From assembly GCA_046290465.1 (NCBI GenBank), contig JBKAGP010000001.1:5248001-5312000 (forward strand): a stretch of DNA of 64,000 nt, read 5' to 3'. Shown one piece after another: positions 57,707 to 64,000 of this stretch. The notes beneath the pieces were generated by a model. The model was not told the origin of the DNA. It ran no database searches and was given only the letters and a program-made list of their open reading frames with translations. Numbering within the stretch: position 1 is the first letter of the stretch; each line of letters begins with the position of its first letter. The stretch is from Planctomycetota bacterium (GTDB taxonomy: Bacteria > Planctomycetota > UBA1135 > UBA2386). A program made the translations under genes and the position numbers.

Positions 57707-59116
57707 CTACTTCTTGGTCGGCTTCTGGAAGATGTGCACCGCCATGCTGTGCACCGCCTCGGCGGCTTCCATGACCGCCTCCGGCAGCGTCGGGTGCGCG
57801 TGGATGGTCGCGGCCATGTCGCCGACCGTCGCGCCCATCTCGATCGCCAGCGCCGCCTCGGCGACCAGTTCGGTGACCTCCGGGCCGATCATGTGCACGC
57901 CGAGCACCTTGTCGGTCTCCTTGTCGGCGACGACCTTGACCCAGCCTTCGGTCTCGTTGAGCGACATCGCGCGGCCCGAGGCGCCGAACGGGAACTTGCC
58001 CTCGACCGGCTCGAAGCCCGCCTCCTTGGCTTCGTCGACCGACAGGCCGACCGAAGCGATCTCCGGGTCGGTGAAGATCACCGCCGGGATGCAGGCCGGG
58101 TCGTAGGCGGCGCCCTTGTCGCCGGCGATCGCCGACGCGGCGATCAGGCCTTCGTGCGAGCCCTTGTGGGCGAGCATCGGCTGGCCGGCGACGTCGCCGA
58201 TCGCGTAGATGCCGGGCACGTTGGTCTGGCGGGTGTGGTCGACCTCGACGAAGCCGCGGTCGGTGACCTCGACGCCGACCTCCTCGAGTCCGAGTCCCTT
58301 GCCGTTGGGGAAGCGGCCGACGCACGACAGCACGACGTCGCATTCGAACGTCTCGGTCTTGCCGTCGACCTCGGCGGTGACCTCGAGGCCGCCCTTCACC
58401 TTCTTGTAGCCGACTGCCTTGGTCTTGAGGTGGACCGGCATCTTCTTCTTCTTGAGCGAGCGACCCATCTCCTTGGACAGGTCGGCTTCCATGCCGGGCA
58501 GCACCCGATCCATGAACTCGAGCACACGCACCTCGGTGCCGAGCTTGTGGTAGACCAGGCCGAGCTCGAGACCGATGTAGCCGCCGCCGATGACGATCAT
58601 GCGCTTGGGCAGCTTCTGCGGCGCCAGCGCGTCGGTCGACGACCAGACGTTCTTGCCGTCGAAGTCGAAGCCGGGCACCGCGATCGGCGTGCTGCCGGAC
58701 GCGACCACGATGTTGTTGGTCTCGAGCGTCTGCTTGCCGTCCTTGCCGGTGACCTCGACCTTGCCCTTCGCGACGACCTTGGCGTCACCCATGAACGTGT
58801 CGATCTTGTGGTTCTTCAGCAGGCCGCCGACGCCCGAGGTCAGCTTGTTGACGATGCCGGCCTTCCACGACACCAGCGCGTCGACGTCGAGGCCTTCGTA
58901 CTTGGCCTTGATGCCCATCACGTCGGCGGTCTGGATCTTGTGCACCAGCTTGCTGGCGGCGATCAGGGCCTTGCTGGGGATGCAGCCGACGTTGAGGCAG
59001 ACACCGCCGAGGTTCTCCTTCTCGACGACGGCGGTCTTCAGTCCGAGCTGGGCGCAGCGGATGGCGCAGACGTAGCCGGCAGGGCCGGCTCCGATCACGA
59101 TGGCGTCGTAGGTCAT
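57707..59116 (-). CDS. lpdA: Dihydrolipoyl dehydrogenase
   Basis: GAGPAGY, GGVCLNVGCIPSK, GGGYIGLE, MLAHK and HAHPTLPE motifs. Confidence 0.95.
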   Translation of the reverse strand: MTYDAIVIGAGPAGYVCAIRCAQLGLKTAVVEKENLGGVCLNVGCIPSKALIAASKLVHKIQTADVMGIKAKYEGLDVDALVSWKAGIVNKLTSGVGGLLKNHKIDTFMGDAKVVAKGKVEVTGKDGKQTLETNNIVVASGSTPIAVPGFDFDGKNVWSSTDALAPQKLPKRMIVIGGGYIGLELGLVYHKLGTEVRVLEFMDRVLPGMEADLSKEMGRSLKKKKMPVHLKTKAVGYKKVKGGLEVTAEVDGKTETFECDVVLSCVGRFPNGKGLGLEEVGVEVTDRGFVEVDHTRQTNVPGIYAIGDVAGQPMLAHKGSHEGLIAASAIAGDKGAAYDPACIPAVIFTDPEIASVGLSVDEAKEAGFEPVEGKFPFGASGRAMSLNETEGWVKVVADKETDKVLGVHMIGPEVTELVAEAALAIEMGATVGDMAATIHAHPTLPEAVMEAAEAVHSMAVHIFQKPTKK

Positions 59117-59213
59117 AGTTTGGGGCGAGCAGGATAGGGGGCGGTCCGCCGCATTCCAATTGCCGACCCGTCAGTGGCCGATCCTGCGTATGGTCGTTGC
59201 CCCGCTTCTCGTC

Positions 59214-61691
59214 ATGCGCGCTCCCGTTCCGTCGTCTCGCCTGCCGATCCTGTTGTCCGTCCTGCTGGCTACCGGATGCGGCGGTGGCGGCGGAGGTTCC
59301 GCGCCGCCGCCGGTCGATCCCGGGCCGCAGCCGAAGCCGACGATCGAGCCGCAGCAGTGGGGACCGCTGCCGCCAGGGCCGCGCGGACCCGGCGAGATCG
59401 TCGGCGGAGCGACGATGCCGGCCATCGAAGTCGCGAATTCCGGTGTGGAAAGAACGGGCACCTGGCGCGCTTCGGTGCCGTTCGCGTGGGGGCAGGTCAG
59501 CACGCTCGACGGTCTCGGCGTTACGGGGCAGCAGACGGCCTGGCACGTGCTGCAGCGGTGGCCGGACCAGTCGATCCGGGTCGCACAGGCGCAGTGGACG
59601 CAGACGTTGCCGGCATCGAGCGTGGCCACGGTGACGATCGACCACGCGACCACGATGGTTGGGCCGTTCGTGCCGCACCCGGTGTTCGCTGGTGGGTTGC
59701 CGGAGTTGGGCAGCCGGGTCGTCGACCGCTTCGGGATCGCCTACCACGCCGAGATCGCCGGTGCTGGCGAGGTGTTGCAGCAGAGTCCGCTGGTGCGCGT
59801 GCGTCGCTGGCGCACGCACCATCGCACCGCGCCGGCCGTCGGCATCGATCGCGACTTCCTGTCGTCGACGTTCTACGTCACCGAACTGCATGACGAGCCG
59901 GTGGTGCTGGTCGACTGGCTGCTCGGCAACGACTACCTCGGCGAGGACCAGCCGAACGGCAGCTCCGATCCCGATCTCTATCCGCTCGGCGACGTCGACG
60001 TCGAGGCGGCCTCGTTCCGCTTCCGTGGCGCCGACCTCGGGCTCGCGTATCGCGGCGCCGAGCACGGCGTCGGCCCGGCGAGCAGCGACCCCGACGGCTT
60101 CGTCTCGCGCCGAGTCATGAGCGCGACCTGGCTGGCCGACGGGCAGACGCGGCGCTACCGCTTCCTGCTCTATCGCGACGATCCTGCGGCGACGACGCCG
60201 CAGCTGCAGCAGGCGCGCGCGGCCGCCGAGGCGCGGGTGGCGACGCCGGTGCGCACGCTCGCGACGCACCAGAGCTGGCGCGACACGCATGCGCTCGGGT
60301 TGCTCGGAGGGCCGGGACAACCGCCGAGCGACGCCGCGCAGCGTGCGGCCGTGGCCTGGAGCGACTGGTCGTCGGCGGCGCACTTCGGCACCTGGGGTTC
60401 GCGCGGCGATCCGCTGGTCACCGGGCAGACCGGTACGCCGCGCAACCACCCGCTGTCGCCGGAGCTGGCGCACGCGGTGCAGTCGCGCGACCTGCGTATG
60501 CTGACGGTGCTCGAGCAGAAGGCGTGGATCCAGGCGGCGCGGCCGTACCACCTGTTCGGCCTGAGCGTGCACCAGCTCGGCGGCGTGCTGCTGTGGAGCG
60601 GGGTGCCGGGCCCGCAGGACCTGTCGCCCGAGTCGTTCGGTCGGCGGCGGTTGCGCGAGCAGGGGCTCTACGACGACTACCGGCAACACGCCAACGGCGC
60701 CGACCGGGCGCACGGGTTCGAGCCGTTCGACGTCGAGCACTGGTCGACGGACCTGTTGTTCGACTACTGGACCGTCAGCGGCGACGAATGGGCGCGCGAG
60801 GAGCTCCGGCAGCTCGGCGAGAGCCTGCGCGGCGTGCTGCGGCTCAACGGCTTCTACACCAGCGATGCGTTGGCGGCGCGCGCCGAGGGCTGGTGCATGC
60901 AGTCGTTCGTGCACGCGTTCCTCGCGACCGGCGACCTGCGCTTTCGCGACGCTGCGCTCGACCGCGCGCACGGGGTCGTCGATCGCGACCGCGTCGCCGA
61001 CGGCGCCTACCGGGCCCTGTTCGTCAGCGGCACCGATCCGCGCACCAACTGGCCGGGCCCGCACCGCTTCTACATGCCGTGGCAGCACGGCGCGGTGCTG
61101 TTCGGCTACCTCGCCGCATGGAAGTTCTTCGGTGATCCGCTGCTGCTGACGATCTGCGACGACGTCACCTACGGGGTCGCGCACGGCTGGGTGCAGAACG
61201 TCGGTCACCCGCAGTTCGGCTTCGTCGTCGACGGGCTGCGCTACTACGTGCCGGTCGGCTACCAGGGCCAGGCCGTCGCGCCCTCGGTGTTCGACGCCAG
61301 CCACGAGATCTCGTTCGGCGACGACCCGCTCGGCGGCGCCCACTCGCTGCTCGCCACCGGCCTGCTGATGCTGTCGCAGACCTCCGCCGACCCGCAGCGC
61401 CGCCTCGTCGCGCAACAGTACGGCCAGCTGCTGCTCCCGACCCTCGACGACGACGCGCGCTGGAACAAGTGGTTCTACTGCACACCCCCACCCTGGAACC
61501 CCTTGCCCCAAGAGGCGCAACATGAACCCGGTTCCGTATGCGGCCCAAACACCGCATACGGAACCGGGTTCATGTTGCGCCTTCTTGGGGCTAGATGGTG
61601 TTCTCGACGGGGGTGGGGGAACGGCGCGGCAGCGGCAGGAGCATTGGCACGCGGCGTTGGTAGGAGGCGTAGTCGGGGCCGTGTGCGCTGA
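59214..61691 (+). CDS. Large lipoprotein, possibly YetA/PcRGLX-like (beta domains + alpha/alpha barrel)
   Basis: LATGC lipobox; SVPFAWG...LQRWPDQSIR; DYWTVSGD, ARAEGW, FLATGD, MPWQHG. The last ~60 aa derive from a palindrome and overlap mddA. Confidence 0.6.
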   Translation: MRAPVPSSRLPILLSVLLATGCGGGGGGSAPPPVDPGPQPKPTIEPQQWGPLPPGPRGPGEIVGGATMPAIEVANSGVERTGTWRASVPFAWGQVSTLDGLGVTGQQTAWHVLQRWPDQSIRVAQAQWTQTLPASSVATVTIDHATTMVGPFVPHPVFAGGLPELGSRVVDRFGIAYHAEIAGAGEVLQQSPLVRVRRWRTHHRTAPAVGIDRDFLSSTFYVTELHDEPVVLVDWLLGNDYLGEDQPNGSSDPDLYPLGDVDVEAASFRFRGADLGLAYRGAEHGVGPASSDPDGFVSRRVMSATWLADGQTRRYRFLLYRDDPAATTPQLQQARAAAEARVATPVRTLATHQSWRDTHALGLLGGPGQPPSDAAQRAAVAWSDWSSAAHFGTWGSRGDPLVTGQTGTPRNHPLSPELAHAVQSRDLRMLTVLEQKAWIQAARPYHLFGLSVHQLGGVLLWSGVPGPQDLSPESFGRRRLREQGLYDDYRQHANGADRAHGFEPFDVEHWSTDLLFDYWTVSGDEWAREELRQLGESLRGVLRLNGFYTSDALAARAEGWCMQSFVHAFLATGDLRFRDAALDRAHGVVDRDRVADGAYRALFVSGTDPRTNWPGPHRFYMPWQHGAVLFGYLAAWKFFGDPLLLTICDDVTYGVAHGWVQNVGHPQFGFVVDGLRYYVPVGYQGQAVAPSVFDASHEISFGDDPLGGAHSLLATGLLMLSQTSADPQRRLVAQQYGQLLLPTLDDDARWNKWFYCTPPPWNPLPQEAQHEPGSVCGPNTAYGTGFMLRLLGARWCSRRGWGNGAAAAGALARGVGRRRSRGRVR
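61505..61591. repeat. Near-perfect 87-bp palindrome (REP doublet/REPIN-like)
   Basis: 39/40-bp arms differing by one indel, 8-nt loop CCCAAACA; each arm has the internal hairpin GAACCSGGTTC. Confidence 0.85.
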
Positions 61692-62343
61692 GCAGGTCGC
61701 GCTCCTCGATCTGCAGGGCGATCAGGATGTAGACGGTGTAGGTGGCGGCGAACACCAGGCCGCCGACGGTCATCGTCGGCACCGACCAGAACGACAGTAG
61801 CATGCCGAACATCAGCGGGTGGCGCATGTAGCGGTAGAAGCCCTTCTCGGCGAAGCGCGGCGGCTCGAACGCGCGGCCGCGGAAGGCGGCGATGGTCTGC
61901 TTGACCCCGAACAGTTCGAAGTGGTCGATCAGGAACGTCGACAGCACGGCGATCAGCCAGCCGAGCCCGAACACCGACCACGCGACGGTCGCGAGCACGC
62001 CGTCGAGCTGCCAGACGACGTCCGGCAGCGGCCGCCATTGCCAGTAGAGCAAGGCCAGCACGGCGACGGTCGCCAGCACGAACGTGCTGCGCTCGATCGC
62101 CGGCGGCACCAGCGTGCGCAGCCACCGCTTGAACGGCTGGCGGGCCATGACGCCGTGCTGCACGCCGAACAGCGTGATCAGCCCGACGTTGATCAGCACG
62201 CTGGTCGCGAGCCCGCTCTGCGGACCGCCCGCGGCGACCGTGGTCGGGACCAACAGGTTCGCGAGGAACGCGATCAGGTAGACGAACGAGGCGTGGAAGC
62301 CGAGGTAGGCGAACAGGCCGTAGCCGAGGATGAAGAAGCGCAT
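61591..62343 (-). CDS. mddA: Methanethiol S-methyltransferase (isoprenylcysteine carboxylmethyltransferase family)
   Basis: LFGVQHGVMARQPFK, ERSTFVL, LYWQWRP, STFLIDHFELFG, YMRHPLM and IEERDL motifs. Confidence 0.8.
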   Translation of the reverse strand: MRFFILGYGLFAYLGFHASFVYLIAFLANLLVPTTVAAGGPQSGLATSVLINVGLITLFGVQHGVMARQPFKRWLRTLVPPAIERSTFVLATVAVLALLYWQWRPLPDVVWQLDGVLATVAWSVFGLGWLIAVLSTFLIDHFELFGVKQTIAAFRGRAFEPPRFAEKGFYRYMRHPLMFGMLLSFWSVPTMTVGGLVFAATYTVYILIALQIEERDLLSAHGPDYASYQRRVPMLLPLPRRSPTPVENTI

Positions 62344-62410
62344 TGGAGTCCTGGAAGGAAAGGTGTTTCCTCCCAAGGCGCAGGACCGGCCCGGCGCCGG
62401 CCAGACTTCG

Positions 62411-62929
62411 TCAGTCGCCGGCCAGACGGCGGTAGAGCCACGCCCGCGCGAACGCCCACTCGCGGCGAACGGTGCGCTCGGACAACGTCATCGCGTCGGC
62501 GACCGCGGCCTCGTCGAGGCCGGCGAAGAACCGCAGCCGCACCACTTCGGCGGCGCGCTGGTTGATGTTCTGCAGCTCGGCGATCGCCTCGTCGATCGCC
62601 ATCACCTCGGTGACGTCCGCGGTCTGCGCGACCTCGGCGAGGTCGAGCGACAGCTTCTTCAGGTCGGGGCCGCCGCGCTTCTTGGCGCCGCGGCGCCGCG
62701 CGTGGTCGATCAGGATGCGCCGCATCGACTCGGCGGCCATCGAGTAGAACCGTGCCGGGTCGCCGCGCACGCCCTCGAGGCGGTCGCGCATCGACAGCCA
62801 CGCCTCGTTGACCAGCGCGGTCGCCTGCAGCGTGTGCCCGTCGCGTTCGCCGGCCATCTGCTTGCGCGCCAGCGCGCGCAGCTTGTCGTGGATGGCCGTC
62901 AGCTGGATGTCGTCGGTCGGTTCGGTCAC
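62411..62929 (-). CDS. ECF sigma factor, planctomycete kinase-associated type (TIGR02999-like)
   Basis: GHTLQATALVNEAWL, MRRILIDHARRR.A.KRGG, VVRLRFFAGL and TVRREWAFARAWL motifs. Confidence 0.9.
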   Translation of the reverse strand: MTEPTDDIQLTAIHDKLRALARKQMAGERDGHTLQATALVNEAWLSMRDRLEGVRGDPARFYSMAAESMRRILIDHARRRGAKKRGGPDLKKLSLDLAEVAQTADVTEVMAIDEAIAELQNINQRAAEVVRLRFFAGLDEAAVADAMTLSERTVRREWAFARAWLYRRLAGD

Positions 62930-63999
62930 CGTTGCATCGCCTGCAGTTCGTGCTGCCATCGTCGTGCCTCGTCGTCGAGTTGCAGTCGTCGCGCCATGTC
63001 GCGCGCGGCCTCGACCAGCCCGCGCCGATACGCGGCGCTGTACGGGCGCCGCGACGCGAAGTCCCGTGCGGCATCGGCGAGCCGGTCGTAGTGTTCGCGG
63101 CGGGGTTCGTCGCCCGCCGCACAGCGCGCGGCGATGGCCTGCGCCATGCAGCCGATCCACGAGCCCCGGTGCGCTTCGGGCAGCCGCGCGAAGCCCTCGT
63201 CGGCGCAGCGCGCGGCGCCCTCGAGGTCGCCCTGGTCGAACTGCAGCATCGCCTGCGTGACGCGCGTCTCGCACCAGCCGATGGTCCGGTCCTGCACCTT
63301 CGAGAACACCGACAGCGCCTCGTCGAGCAGCTTCGCGGCCTCGTCGTCGCGGCCGAGCATGCGCAGCACGACGGCGCGGTCCTTGAGCGTCACGCCGAGG
63401 TAGGGGTGCGGTTCGGAGTAGGCGCGACGCAGCAGTCGTTCGGACCAGGCCAGCATCTCGTCGGCGGTCTCGGCGTCGCCGCGCGCGGCGACGATCATCG
63501 CCAGGATCGACGTGCCGACCCCGAGCTGCGGATGGCCCTTGGGCAAGGTTCGCTGGCGCATCGCCATCACCCGGCGCATGGTCGCGTCCGCCTGCGGCAG
63601 GCGACCGGTCAGCTCGAACAGGCGGGCCTGGTTCTGCAGGATCATCGCCGTCGTCGGGTGGTCGCTCGGCAGCAGCTGCTGCAGCTTCTCGATCGCCGCG
63701 GCGTAGCCGGCCTCGGCCTCCTCGTAGCGCTTCAGCCGCATCAGGGCCAACGCATGGTTGGCGCGCGTGATCGCCGGGTTGACGCCGACGCGCTGGTCCG
63801 CCTCGATCGCGCGGCGGTAGAGCTTCTCCGCGGTTTCGAAGTCGCCGCGCGCCTCGCTGATGCCGGCGAGGTTGTTGATGCTGCTGATGGTGCGCTGGTC
63901 GCGTTCGCCGACGAACTCGCGCCGCTGCTCGAGCGCCTCGCGGTGGGCCGCCTCGGCATCGTCGTTGCGCCCGCGCCGCCAGTGGATGTCGCCGAGCCG
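62926..63999 (-). CDS. TPR-repeat C-terminus of a probable Ser/Thr protein kinase (partial, runs off window end)
   Basis: Open frame to the window end; kinesin-light-chain-like TPRs (SINNLA, DHPTTA, GHPQLG, PHPYLG). Kinase identity is inferred only from the adjacent ECF gene. Confidence 0.7.
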   Translation of the reverse strand, partial: RLGDIHWRRGRNDDAEAAHREALEQRREFVGERDQRTISSINNLAGISEARGDFETAEKLYRRAIEADQRVGVNPAITRANHALALMRLKRYEEAEAGYAAAIEKLQQLLPSDHPTTAMILQNQARLFELTGRLPQADATMRRVMAMRQRTLPKGHPQLGVGTSILAMIVAARGDAETADEMLAWSERLLRRAYSEPHPYLGVTLKDRAVVLRMLGRDDEAAKLLDEALSVFSKVQDRTIGWCETRVTQAMLQFDQGDLEGAARCADEGFARLPEAHRGSWIGCMAQAIAARCAAGDEPRREHYDRLADAARDFASRRPYSAAYRRGLVEAARDMARRLQLDDEARRWQHELQAMQR

Positions 64000-64000
64000 C

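Overview
High-GC (roughly 70% by eye) bacterial chromosomal segment, very probably Planctomycetota (DUF1553/DUF1501 pair, PVC-type heme-binding dehydrogenase, DUF1592-family protein, TIGR02999-type ECF sigma factor beside a TPR protein). About 53 densely packed CDS were called. I saw no rRNA, tRNA, CRISPR array or transposase. All family names come from reading motifs by eye, not from database searches. Ordinary content: trkAH, S9 peptidase, ferredoxin-NADP reductase, RlmL-like methyltransferase, lpdA, mddA, two OmpR-type two-component systems, and a DUF4266-DUF3570-TlpA-ApbE flavinylation operon. The strongest candidate for an undescribed system is a five-gene minus-strand cluster at 39480-44148. 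It encodes CheX, a membrane-anchored thioredoxin-like protein, a His-rich membrane sensor fused to an Hpt/CheA-type kinase with no CheW domain, CheY, and a soluble MCP-like protein with a CheZ-like DxxxQ motif; no CheW, CheR or CheB gene is present. Also notable: a fusion of a degenerate Pcm methyltransferase, MshEN and a degenerate PilB ATPase; a GMC oxidoreductase-GH3 operon; an ECF sigma factor with a CxxCH in its extension; a headless GspG fusion; a bacterial VLRF1; and two families of small non-coding repeats (87-bp CTAG-flanked elements and REPIN-like palindromes).
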